Shown here piece by piece: positions 19,815 to 28,519 of a stretch of DNA of 32,000 bases (the stretch's first letter is position 1; each line of letters begins with the position of its first letter). Source of the stretch: Vibrio vulnificus CMCP6 (lineage in GTDB: Bacteria > Pseudomonadota > Gammaproteobacteria > Enterobacterales > Vibrionaceae). The DNA lies in the NCBI RefSeq assembly GCF_000039765.1, contig NC_004459.3:1969126-2001125 (forward strand). The letters run 5' to 3'. A model generated the notes under the pieces. It saw only the letters and a list, made by a program, of their open reading frames with translations. It did no database searches and was not told the origin of the DNA. The position numbers and the translations under genes were made by a program.

Positions 19815-20609
19815 ATGAGAATTGCATTAGGCATCGAATACAATGGCACTGACTATTTCGGTTGGCAGCGTCAACGCGAAGTCGCCAGTGTTCAAGAAAA
19901 GCTGGAGAAGGCGCTGTCGAAAGTGGCTAACCACCCAGTAGAAGTACAATGTGCAGGTCGCACCGATGCTGGGGTTCACGGTACTGGGCAAGTGGTTCAC
20001 TTCGATACCAATGTTGAGCGTAAAATGGTTGCTTGGACCATGGGGGCCAATGCGAACTTACCCAAAGACATCGCAGTACGTTGGGCGAAAGCAGTACCAG
20101 ATGAGTTCCATGCGCGTTTTTCAGCAACCGCACGCCGCTACCGCTATATCATTTTTAACCATGCATTGCGTCCCGGCATTTTGGGCTCCGGTGTAAGCCA
20201 TTATCATGGCGAGCTTGATGAGAAGAAAATGCATGAGGCGGGACAATATTTGTTGGGCGAAAATGACTTCACCTCGTTTCGCGCGGTGCAATGTCAATCG
20301 CTCAGTCCATTTCGCAATATGATCCATTTGAATGTGACACGTCACGGACACTATGTGGTGATCGACATTAAAGCCAATGCCTTTGTACACCACATGGTGC
20401 GCAACATTACGGGCAGCTTAATTATGGTCGGCCGTGGTGAGCAAGATCCAGAGTGGATCAAATGGTTGCTAGAAGCGAAAGATCGTAAGCTCGCCGGCCC
20501 GACGGCCAAAGCCGAAGGTTTGTATCTCGTCGATGTGGACTACCCTGAAGAGTTCGATTTACCTCGCGAGTCGATCGGTCCGTTGTTTTTGCCCGATAAT
20601 TTGAACTAA
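19815..20609 (+). CDS. truA: tRNA pseudouridine(38-40) synthase TruA
   Basis: 264 aa. It starts [20 protein letters not shown] and carries the catalytic Asp motif GRTDAGVHG. Confidence 0.93.
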   Translation: MRIALGIEYNGTDYFGWQRQREVASVQEKLEKALSKVANHPVEVQCAGRTDAGVHGTGQVVHFDTNVERKMVAWTMGANANLPKDIAVRWAKAVPDEFHARFSATARRYRYIIFNHALRPGILGSGVSHYHGELDEKKMHEAGQYLLGENDFTSFRAVQCQSLSPFRNMIHLNVTRHGHYVVIDIKANAFVHHMVRNITGSLIMVGRGEQDPEWIKWLLEAKDRKLAGPTAKAEGLYLVDVDYPEEFDLPRESIGPLFLPDNLN

Positions 20610-20783
20610 TCGAGAGATTCAGATTCAAAAAAATGAGTAACTTAGCGTGCGACTTTGACTGAAAAAATAGGTACAACCAGTTTTTTATCTACAGTTGTCG
20701 TTATATGTGGTTTAATCCACACGCGTAAATTCGAATTTTTGTCTTTCGCTATGGAGCGGAAGCGTTGAGAGAAAAGGTCTTCC

Positions 20784-21710
20784 ATGAGTTGGCTTGAAAA
20801 GATTTTAGAAAAAAGCAACATCGTAAGCTCACGTAAAGCGTCTATCCCTGAGGGTGTGTGGACGAAATGTACTTCATGTGAGCAAGTTCTGTATCACGCG
20901 GAGCTTGAGCGTAATCTTGAGGTGTGTCCTAAGTGTAATCACCACATGCGTATGAAAGCGCGTCGTCGTCTAGAAACGTTTTTGGACGAAGGCAATCGCG
21001 TGGAGCTAGGTGGTGAACTTGAGCCGCAAGATAAACTGAAGTTTAAAGACTCTAAGCGTTATAAAGAGCGTATCGCAGCGGCGCAGAAGAGCAGCGGTGA
21101 GAAAGACGCCCTTGTTGCGATGAAAGGTGAATTGCTAGGCATGCCTATTGTCGCTTGTGCGTTTGAATTCTCATTTATGGGTGGTTCAATGGGCTCTGTT
21201 GTCGGTGCGCGTTTCGTACGTGCGGTTGAAGCGGCAATGGAAAACAACTGCGCGCTGGTATGTTTCTCAGCAAGTGGTGGTGCACGCATGCAAGAGGCTC
21301 TGATGTCTCTCATGCAAATGGCAAAAACCAGTGCGGCGTTAGAGCGTCTATCTGCGAAAGGTCTGCCGTTTATCTCTGTGATGACCGACCCAACCATGGG
21401 TGGTGTTTCAGCGAGTTTAGCGATGCTTGGCGACATTAATATCGGTGAGCCGAAAGCGCTGATCGGTTTTGCTGGTCGCCGTGTTATCGAGCAAACCGTA
21501 CGTGAAGATTTGCCTGAAGGCTTCCAGCGCAGTGAGTTCCTACTTGAGCACGGTGCCATCGATATGATCGTCGATCGCCGTGAAATGCGTCAGCGCGTTG
21601 GTGGTTTGATCGCCAAGCTGACCAATCACAAGTCGCCTCTCGTTGTTTCTGTGAACGATTCACCAAATGAAGCGGCATATTCTGTACCAGAAGCGAACGA
21701 AAAAGGGTAA
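20784..21710 (+). CDS. accD: Acetyl-CoA carboxylase carboxyltransferase beta subunit AccD
   Basis: 308 aa. It starts MSWLEKIL and has the N-terminal four-Cys zinc ribbon [16 protein letters not shown]. Carboxyltransferase blocks include GGSMGSVVG. Confidence 0.93.
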   Translation: MSWLEKILEKSNIVSSRKASIPEGVWTKCTSCEQVLYHAELERNLEVCPKCNHHMRMKARRRLETFLDEGNRVELGGELEPQDKLKFKDSKRYKERIAAAQKSSGEKDALVAMKGELLGMPIVACAFEFSFMGGSMGSVVGARFVRAVEAAMENNCALVCFSASGGARMQEALMSLMQMAKTSAALERLSAKGLPFISVMTDPTMGGVSASLAMLGDINIGEPKALIGFAGRRVIEQTVREDLPEGFQRSEFLLEHGAIDMIVDRREMRQRVGGLIAKLTNHKSPLVVSVNDSPNEAAYSVPEANEKG

Positions 21711-21754
21711 AGTAGCCTCTAACAAACAACCAAGTCTTTGATGGTTATCGTTAG

Positions 21755-23020
21755 ATGAAACAAAACTCTATTCCACAAGCCACATCCCCTATGGCGGTGT
21801 GGCTTGATTATTTAGCCAACATACACACTTCTGCCATTGATCTTGGCCTAGACCGAGTTCAAGCTGTTGCTCTCAAAGCAAACCTCACCAAACCTGCACC
21901 TACTGTGATCACTGTTGCTGGCACGAACGGCAAGGGTTCAACTTGTGCGTTAATGGAAGCGATCTTACTTGATGCTGGATATTCCGTTGGCGTGTACAGC
22001 TCGCCACACTTAATTCGTTATAACGAACGAGTCCGCATTAATGGTCAAGATCTTGCGGACGAAAAGCACTGTGAAGCGTTTGATTTCATTGAGCAACAAC
22101 GTGGTGATATCAGCCTAAGCTTGTTTGAGTATGGAACGCTGGCTGCATTACGCTTGTTCCAAACGGAAAAGGTCGATGTGGTTCTTTTGGAAGTTGGGCT
22201 GGGCGGGCGATTGGACGCCACCAACGTGGTGGATCACGATGTCTCAGTGATCACTAGCTTGGCGCTTGACCACGTAGATTGGCTCGGAGATGACATTAAC
22301 GTTATCGGTTTTGAGAAAGCGGGCATTTATCGTAGTGGTAAGCCAGCTATTTGTGGCCAACCAACGCCTCCGTCAACCGTTGCCGCACATGCAGACGATA
22401 TTGGCGCAGAGTTTTACCAAGTCGGTATTCAGTTTGACTATCAGCTTTCTGGCGAAGGTTGGCGCTGGCAGCATGGTGCTTTCGCATTGGAAGATTTGCC
22501 TCTCCCAGGTTTGCCTTTGCCAAATGCCGCAACCGCGTTAATGGCGCTAGGTGCCTCCAATCTTGAACTGAGCGATATCAACATCGTCAACGGACTAAAA
22601 AACGCTAAGTTAGCGGGTCGAATGCAGGTGTTGCAGACAGCGCCGTTAATTCTTTTGGATGTGGCGCATAATCCTCATTCCGCGGAATATTTAGTGACTC
22701 AGCTTCAGTCTCGCTACCAAGGCAAAACCATCCATGCGGTGATTGGCATGTTGAAGGATAAAGACATCAAATCCACGCTAGAAGTTTTAGCGCCCGTGAC
22801 ACGCCATTGGTACCCTGCCTCGCTGACAGGACCAAGAGCCGCGACAGCAGAAGAATTGATTCAATATTTGCCGCAAGGCACACAAAGTTATACCGATCCA
22901 GCACACGCTTTTGACCAAGCACTGTCACAAGCTCAATCTGATGAGATAGTGTTAGTGGTTGGCTCTTTCCACACCGTGGGTGAAGTGTTGGAGCATTGGC
23001 AACAAAACAAAGGTAATTAA
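21755..23020 (+). CDS. folC: Bifunctional dihydrofolate synthase / folylpolyglutamate synthase FolC
   Basis: 421 aa. It has the Mur-ligase-type P-loop VAGTNGKGST. It sits between accD and dedD as in E. coli. Its stop abuts the dedD ATG (TAAATG at 23018-23023). Confidence 0.92.
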   Translation: MKQNSIPQATSPMAVWLDYLANIHTSAIDLGLDRVQAVALKANLTKPAPTVITVAGTNGKGSTCALMEAILLDAGYSVGVYSSPHLIRYNERVRINGQDLADEKHCEAFDFIEQQRGDISLSLFEYGTLAALRLFQTEKVDVVLLEVGLGGRLDATNVVDHDVSVITSLALDHVDWLGDDINVIGFEKAGIYRSGKPAICGQPTPPSTVAAHADDIGAEFYQVGIQFDYQLSGEGWRWQHGAFALEDLPLPGLPLPNAATALMALGASNLELSDINIVNGLKNAKLAGRMQVLQTAPLILLDVAHNPHSAEYLVTQLQSRYQGKTIHAVIGMLKDKDIKSTLEVLAPVTRHWYPASLTGPRAATAEELIQYLPQGTQSYTDPAHAFDQALSQAQSDEIVLVVGSFHTVGEVLEHWQQNKGN

Positions 23021-23584
23021 ATGGCAAGTAAGTTCCAAAGCCGTCTGGTGGGGACCATTATCTTGGTCGCTATCGGCGTGATAGTGCTTCCTGATGTCCT
23101 CGATGGCCAGAAGCTTCACTATAAAGAAGAGTTTGCCACCATTCCGATCAAACCGGAATTGAGCAACGAGGTAGAGAGTTTTGAAATTCTTGAGCCCGTA
23201 GAAGACGACATCAAGCTACCAGAGTCTCCTGTGGTCGCGACGGTGGGGCAGTCTGTGTCAACGTCAAGTGAAACGCAACAAAGCCAAACAAAACCGAAAT
23301 CTGTTGAAGTCAAAATCAACGAGGTCGCAGAAAAGAATAACTACGAAGATTCAGCATGGATCATTCAGTTAATGGCACTGCGTAATGAAGAGAACGCGCA
23401 GAACATGGCGAAGGATTTGCAGAAACGCGGTTATCAAGCGCATACCATCAAAGAAAATGGTTTTACTCGAGTTGTAATTGGTCCTGATGTGTCAAAAAGT
23501 AAACTTGAAAGACAAGTCGTGGAATTGGAAAAAATTACCGGTTCCAAAGGTCAATTGCTCAAATTTAAACCACTAAACCCATAA
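23021..23584 (+). CDS. dedD: Cell division protein DedD (SPOR domain)
   Basis: 187 aa. The N-terminus MASKFQSRLVGTIILVAIGVIVLPDVLDGQK is nearly identical to E. coli DedD. A C-terminal SPOR-like domain is present (AWIIQLMALRNEENAQNMAKDLQKRGY). Confidence 0.9.
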   Translation: MASKFQSRLVGTIILVAIGVIVLPDVLDGQKLHYKEEFATIPIKPELSNEVESFEILEPVEDDIKLPESPVVATVGQSVSTSSETQQSQTKPKSVEVKINEVAEKNNYEDSAWIIQLMALRNEENAQNMAKDLQKRGYQAHTIKENGFTRVVIGPDVSKSKLERQVVELEKITGSKGQLLKFKPLNP

Positions 23585-23598
23585 GAAAACGTTTGCGT
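23583..23598 (+). promoter_or_regulatory. PurR operator (PUR box) at the cvpA-purF promoter
   Basis: AAGAAAACGTTTGCGT matches the palindromic PurR consensus ACGCAAACGTTTGCGT at 14 of 16 positions. From memory, it is the reverse complement of the E. coli purF operator ACGCAAACGTTTTCTT. It overlaps a -35-like GTTTGC, with TAAAAT (23614-23619) 17 nt downstream as the -10. Confidence 0.7.
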
Positions 23599-23645
23599 CA
23601 GCATTTTTTCTGTTAAAATGCGCGCCAACTTAAGATGAAGAAAAC

Positions 23646-24137
23646 ATGAATTGGTTAGATTTTGTCATTTTAGGTGTGATCGGATTTTCAGCTCTGATCA
23701 GTTTAGTTCGCGGTTTTGCGAAAGAAGCATTGTCATTGGTGATTTGGTTTGGAGCCTTTTTTATCTCCAGTAACTATTACACCAAACTCGCGGTGTATTT
23801 CACCAATATCGAAGATGACATGTTTCGAAACGGAGCCGCAATCGCGGCATTGTTTGTCGCGACCTTGGTAGTTGGTGCAGTGGTCAATTATGTCATTGCT
23901 CAACTAGTACAAAAAACAGGGCTTTCAGGCACAGACCGAATTTTGGGTGTGGTGTTTGGCGGTTTACGTGGGGTGCTAATTGTCTCTGCGGTGCTGTTTT
24001 TTATGGATGCTTTTACGGCATTCCCAAGTTCGGAGTGGTGGAAGAGTTCGCAACTGGTCCCTGAGTTCAGTCGAATCATTGCCCCATTCTTCGAGCATTT
24101 ACAAGCAACATCGAGTTTTTTGTCTGGCACTCTCTAG
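23646..24137 (+). CDS. cvpA: Colicin V production protein CvpA (inner membrane)
   Basis: 163 aa. MNWLDFVILGVIGFSALISLVRGFAKEALSLV parallels the E. coli CvpA N-terminus. It lies directly upstream of purF. Confidence 0.9.
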   Translation: MNWLDFVILGVIGFSALISLVRGFAKEALSLVIWFGAFFISSNYYTKLAVYFTNIEDDMFRNGAAIAALFVATLVVGAVVNYVIAQLVQKTGLSGTDRILGVVFGGLRGVLIVSAVLFFMDAFTAFPSSEWWKSSQLVPEFSRIIAPFFEHLQATSSFLSGTL

Positions 24138-24173
24138 CGGTGCCAGCTACTGTCGCAAATCGAGGATTAGGAC

Positions 24174-25688
24174 ATGTGTGGTATTGTTGGAATCGTGGGC
24201 ACAACCCCTGTAAACCAGTCAATTTATGACGCGTTAACAGTGTTACAGCATCGTGGCCAAGATGCCGCTGGTATTTGTACCATAGAAAGCAATCGTTTTC
24301 GTCTGCGTAAGGCAAACGGTCTGGTCAAAGATGTGTTTGAAGCAAAACACATGCAACGTCTTCAAGGCAACGTCGGCATTGGTCATGTACGCTATCCAAC
24401 GGCCGGTAGTTCAAGTGCTTCAGAAGCACAGCCTTTCTACGTTAACTCGCCATTTGGCATTAGCTTAGCGCACAACGGCAACCTGACTAACGCGCATGAA
24501 GTTCGTCAGAAATTGTTCGAAAAAGATCGCCGCCATGTGAATACCACCTCAGACTCCGAAGTTCTTCTTAACGTTCTTGCTCATGAAATTGATACAGTAA
24601 AAGGCAACGTTACTGCCGATGATGTCTTCCGAGCCATCGCCAATGTCCATCGTACCATTCGTGGTGCTTACGCCGTTACAGCGATGATCATTGGTCACGG
24701 TATGATTGCCTTTCGCGACCCACATGGTATTCGTCCACTTTGCTTAGGTAAGCGCGAAGAGAACGGACAAACGGAATACATGGTGGCGTCAGAATCAGTA
24801 GCGCTGGATGCGGTTGGCTTTGATTTTGTGCGTGACGTCGCACCAGGTGAAGCGATTTACGCGACTTTTGACGGTGAACTCTTTACCAAGCAGTGCGCTG
24901 ACAATCCAAAACTCAACCCGTGCATTTTTGAGTTCGTTTACTTTGCACGTCCAGATTCGTTTATCGACAAAATCTCTGTTTATAGTGCACGAGTCGAAAT
25001 GGGTAAAAAGTTGGGTGAGCGTATTAAAGAAGAGTACGCCGATCTTGATATTGACGTTGTCATTCCCATTCCAGAGACCTCTTGTGATATCGCACTGCAA
25101 ATTGCTCAAGCGATTGATAAGCCGTACCGCCAAGGGTTTGTTAAAAACCGCTATGTCGGCCGTACCTTTATCATGCCGGGCCAGCAATTGCGTAAAAAAT
25201 CGGTACGTCGCAAGCTCAATGCCATTCGCTCTGAATTCAAAGATAAGAATGTACTGTTAGTGGACGACTCAATTGTACGTGGAACCACTTCTGAGCAAAT
25301 TATCGAAATGGCAAGAGACTCAGGCGCTAAGAAAGTGTTTATTGTCTCTGCTGCACCCGAGGTGCGTTTCCCGAACGTTTACGGCATTGATATGCCAAGT
25401 GCGACTGAGCTTATTGCGCATGGACGAGATAACGAGACGATCTGTAAGCTGATTGGTGCTGACGCGCTGATTTTCCAAAAACTGGAAGATTTAGTGGATG
25501 CGGTGGGCTTAGGTAACCTTGATATTACCAAGTTTGATACTTCGGTGTTTAACGGCGAATACGTGACGGGGGATATTGATCAGCAATACCTCGATTTCCT
25601 AGATTCGATGCGTAACGATGATGCAAAGGTTCAGCGCGAGATTCAACAAGATCTGGCTAACCTAGAGTTGCATAACGAAGGTGCGTAA
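24174..25688 (+). CDS. purF: Amidophosphoribosyltransferase PurF
   Basis: 504 aa. The N-terminal nucleophile is in MCGIVGIVG. The PRPP-binding loop is [13 protein letters not shown]. Confidence 0.95.
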   Translation: MCGIVGIVGTTPVNQSIYDALTVLQHRGQDAAGICTIESNRFRLRKANGLVKDVFEAKHMQRLQGNVGIGHVRYPTAGSSSASEAQPFYVNSPFGISLAHNGNLTNAHEVRQKLFEKDRRHVNTTSDSEVLLNVLAHEIDTVKGNVTADDVFRAIANVHRTIRGAYAVTAMIIGHGMIAFRDPHGIRPLCLGKREENGQTEYMVASESVALDAVGFDFVRDVAPGEAIYATFDGELFTKQCADNPKLNPCIFEFVYFARPDSFIDKISVYSARVEMGKKLGERIKEEYADLDIDVVIPIPETSCDIALQIAQAIDKPYRQGFVKNRYVGRTFIMPGQQLRKKSVRRKLNAIRSEFKDKNVLLVDDSIVRGTTSEQIIEMARDSGAKKVFIVSAAPEVRFPNVYGIDMPSATELIAHGRDNETICKLIGADALIFQKLEDLVDAVGLGNLDITKFDTSVFNGEYVTGDIDQQYLDFLDSMRNDDAKVQREIQQDLANLELHNEGA

Positions 25689-25723
25689 TCGACACCGGAG
25701 TTCAGGGTTAAGATAAGACAAAT

Positions 25724-25755
25724 AAAAACCAGAGCTTTTCTGCTCTGGTTTTTTT
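25724..25755. terminator. Bidirectional rho-independent terminator between purF and the LysR gene
   Basis: AAAAACCAGAGC (25724-25735) pairs with GCTCTGGTTTTT (25742-25753). It is flanked by an A run and a T run. Confidence 0.85.
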
Positions 25756-25792
25756 GTGCTCGAAATAACCTCTGTGGTTACGCGCTACATCG

Positions 25793-26668
25793 TTAGTGGA
25801 TGTTATAAGCAATCACGTAGTCGATAAACAAACGCACTTTTTCGGGTAAGTGATCTTTGTGATTGTAGAGCATATAAATATCGCGTGGGTTTGCACTCCA
25901 GTCAGGCAGAATACGCACTAGGCTGCCATCGGCGATATACTCTTTTATCATCACGTCTGGCATGAGAGTGATGCCTAGCCCTTCTGAGCACGCGCTACGT
26001 ACCACATTCAGTGCGTTGGCTTGAAAGCGACCACGATCAACGTTAACAACGGTTTCGCCTTTGCTGTTGATTAATGTCCACTTCAACAGCGGGTGGCCTT
26101 TGAGTAGGAAGTGGTCGTGCAGATCTTCAGCATGAGTTGGCATTGGGTGAGCGTTTACGTACTCAGGGCTAGCCACCAAAATATCTTTCACTGAACCAAT
26201 TTTACGCGCGATAAGGCTTGAATCTCTTTGTGGTCCTACGCGGAAAATGACATCCCATTCGGTTGGGTCAAGTTGATCAGCGTTACTCTCTGTAGTGAGT
26301 TCAATGTTGATTTCTGGATACTGACTCATAAAACCGTTCAACATTGGCATCATCATGCGCTTGGTGAGATTGTAGGGCGTTGAAATCTTGATTTTGCCAG
26401 ACGCACCACGACATTCATCGGTAATTTCTTCGGCTGTGTTTGTGAGTCTTTGCAGTAAAGGAGAGCATTCACGGAAAAAGCGTTCTCCCGCTTCTGTCAG
26501 TGATAATTTACGTGCATGGCGATTGAGAAGGCGCAAGTTCACCGCATCTTCCAAAGCTTGTATGCGTCGGGTGATGGTCGCCACGGGGATCATGGTCTTA
26601 CGTGAAGTTGCGGTGTAGCTCCCATTTTCAACAACGAGTCTGAACAGGTTGAGATCGTCTAATTTCAT
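25793..26668 (-). CDS. aphB: LysR-family transcriptional regulator, AphB-like
   Basis: The track ORF starts at GTG 26680. ATG at 26668 follows AGGAA and gives MKLDDLNLFRLVVENGSYTATSRKTMIPVATITRRIQALED, which matches my recollection of the Vibrio AphB N-terminus and its 291-aa length. It has an N-terminal wHTH and a LysR substrate-binding domain. The LysR family call is certain. The AphB orthology is from memory. Confidence 0.7.
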   Translation of the reverse strand: MKLDDLNLFRLVVENGSYTATSRKTMIPVATITRRIQALEDAVNLRLLNRHARKLSLTEAGERFFRECSPLLQRLTNTAEEITDECRGASGKIKISTPYNLTKRMMMPMLNGFMSQYPEINIELTTESNADQLDPTEWDVIFRVGPQRDSSLIARKIGSVKDILVASPEYVNAHPMPTHAEDLHDHFLLKGHPLLKWTLINSKGETVVNVDRGRFQANALNVVRSACSEGLGITLMPDVMIKEYIADGSLVRILPDWSANPRDIYMLYNHKDHLPEKVRLFIDYVIAYNIH

Positions 26669-26946
26669 ATTTCCTGACACATCTATTTACCAAATAGGCC
26701 TAATTTAGCGCTAACTTTGCGATGAAAGTTTGCTTCATGTCAACAGGTCGCACGATTTGTGATCAGCATACATCTAGTAGCAAACTCTGATATAAAGTGG
26801 AATATTTGTATAAATGGCTTTTTACAGCTACGTTTTATTACAGAGCAGAGTGGGTGCAGAGCACAGGAAGTGGCCCGTCTGTGATAAGTAAACTACAAAA
26901 ATAATAACATTGATAACCACTTTGACTGAGTGTGTGAGGTGAAGCT

Positions 26947-28053
26947 ATGTACAAGACTCACAGTCAAACGGCAATGACCTCGGCAAGGGAAGCGGTACAA
27001 CCAAAGTTAATACAACTGGTTGATGATGATCCGATCTTTCGCCGAATTACCAGTGCCTATCTCGAAAGTCAGGGATATAAAGTCGTTGAGTCAGAAAACG
27101 GTTTGCAAGCCCTTCAGCAGTTACGTGAATGCGATCCTGATATCGTATTATGTGATTTGTCCATGCCCGTGTTAGACGGAATAGAATTTGTCGAGGAGGT
27201 CAGTCTCGAGTACCCCTCCTTACCTTTGATCGTGGTTTCCGCAACAGGAGAGATGTCCGATGTTGCCAAAGCGCTGCGTTTTGGGATTAAAGATTTCTTA
27301 CCCAAACCAATTGGAGATTATCAACACCTAGCGGAAGCGATTGAGAATACATTGGAAGATTCGATGAACCATATGTCGGATCAACGCGATTTTTCCAGCC
27401 AGTGGTTTCGAGTCGATGGCGGCGGAGAGTTGCCCGACGAGCAGGAGCTTCACTGGCATTTAAACTATTTGGAAGATAACCCCAATTCGGCAAGAGACTT
27501 ACTCCACGCTTTGCTGCCAGACAAAGATACGTCGCAGGGCGATTGGAAGTTTTCTTATAAGTTGCTGCAATCGACCGACATGATGCCGCTCGTGTTTGAT
27601 TACCGTTGGTTGATGAATGGCCAGTTTGCGTTTTACCTCGTCGATTCGGCTTCGGTAGAAAAGCAAGGTGTCGCCACTGCCTTGTTGATACGCGCTTTGT
27701 TTGATGATTACTTACGTAATCTAAAAAGCTTTAGCGCCGACTTAAAAGATATTGTAGAAATCCTAGAGCGGGGCATTCGTTATTCGGATTGTGCGTGCCC
27801 GGTTAATGCGCTATTTGGCATTGCGGATTTGGTGGATGGAAGTGTTGAAATTTTACCTGCGGGGCTAGACAGTCAGTGGTCAACGGGGTTCATCAATCAG
27901 CATATTGCTGCTGGAAACCGTCTAGGTCACAACAGTTTAAAAAACTTCATCACCCGTGATCTCAATATAGGTAGCGGCAGTCAACTGACACTAGGCTGTT
28001 TAGGCTCCGCCAGCTTCAGTTTGAATATCATCAAAGGCAGTAAAGTGAGCTGA
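26947..28053 (+). CDS. rssB: RssB-like response regulator (receiver domain plus a degenerate PP2C-like C-terminal domain; RpoS proteolysis adaptor family)
   Basis: 368 aa. The receiver domain shows DIVLCDLSMPVLDG and LPKP. Blocks parallel E. coli RssB as I recall it: VVSATGEMSDVAKALRFGIKDFLPKP vs VISATENMADIAKALRLGVEDVLLKP; DNPNSARDLLHALLP vs DNPAAAAKLLQELQP; FAFYLVD..GVATALLIRALFDDYL vs LAFYCLD..GVLAALLLRALFNGLL. GAGGTG lies 5 nt upstream of ATG 26947. Confidence 0.7.
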   Translation: MYKTHSQTAMTSAREAVQPKLIQLVDDDPIFRRITSAYLESQGYKVVESENGLQALQQLRECDPDIVLCDLSMPVLDGIEFVEEVSLEYPSLPLIVVSATGEMSDVAKALRFGIKDFLPKPIGDYQHLAEAIENTLEDSMNHMSDQRDFSSQWFRVDGGGELPDEQELHWHLNYLEDNPNSARDLLHALLPDKDTSQGDWKFSYKLLQSTDMMPLVFDYRWLMNGQFAFYLVDSASVEKQGVATALLIRALFDDYLRNLKSFSADLKDIVEILERGIRYSDCACPVNALFGIADLVDGSVEILPAGLDSQWSTGFINQHIAAGNRLGHNSLKNFITRDLNIGSGSQLTLGCLGSASFSLNIIKGSKVS

Positions 28054-28066
28054 CGATACTTCACGT

Positions 28067-28093
28067 AATATCGCCGCCATGAGCGGCGATATT
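28067..28093 (+). terminator. Strong hairpin after rssB; probable terminator
   Basis: A perfect 11-bp stem, AATATCGCCGC (28067-28077) / GCGGCGATATT (28083-28093), has a 5-nt loop. The downstream sequence CTTGTCC is only weakly T-rich. Confidence 0.55.
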
Positions 28094-28365
28094 CTTGTCC
28101 GCGTGAGGGGGACTTGGCAATAGAGCGGCTTTCCATTTCTCCATTCTTTTGTTTGTTGATTCCTCTATTTTCTTTAGAGGGTGTTGGTTTTCTTTCTACA
28201 AAATCGCAAATTTATCAATTACCCCTACTTTTGCTCGGTGTTTAGACCGTTGGCTTTGCGGTATATTGGCGGCGAAAACAATAATGAACCATTTTCTTAA
28301 CCATTGGTTAACTCTTTTGGGGTAGAAAACGTAAAGAAAGTTATCAGCACAAGAGTAGAAGCATC

Positions 28366-28497
28366 ATGGCAGACAAAGATTTTAAAGAGCCCTATAATCT
28401 GTTTTATTTTCTTGGTTTTATCGCAGTTCTTTTAATTCCAACTTTACCTGCGACATTAACCTGGATTCGTGTACTTAACGGTTACGCGGGTTTCTAA
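28366..28497 (+). CDS. Hypothetical 43-aa single-pass membrane peptide
   Basis: It is below the ORF-track size cut-off. It runs from ATG 28366 to TAA 28495-28497 and encodes MADKDFKEPYNLFYFLGFIAVLLIPTLPATLTWIRVLNGYAGF. There is one hydrophobic helix and only a weak SD (AGAAG). I recognise no homology. Confidence 0.3.
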   Translation: MADKDFKEPYNLFYFLGFIAVLLIPTLPATLTWIRVLNGYAGF

Positions 28498-28519
28498 GCA
28501 TTAATATCGGGAGTTCACC

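Noticed and set aside
21059-21559. A 166-aa antisense ORF inside accD.
   Set aside because: It is fully embedded antisense to a highly conserved accD frame. It is Ala/Ser/Pro/Arg-rich, as is typical of shadow ORFs.
24795-25260. A 130-aa minus-strand ORF and a 150-aa alternative plus-frame ORF inside purF.
   Set aside because: They are embedded in the conserved purF reading frame and have no independent signals.
28094-28365. The possibility of a small RNA or an extra gene in the 310-bp rssB/ybaN intergenic region, including a CCTCTA/TAGAGG hairpin near 28172-28190.
   Set aside because: There is no ORF of meaningful length and no clear promoter-plus-terminator pair bracketing a discrete unit. 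Only the 15-bp palindrome is reported.
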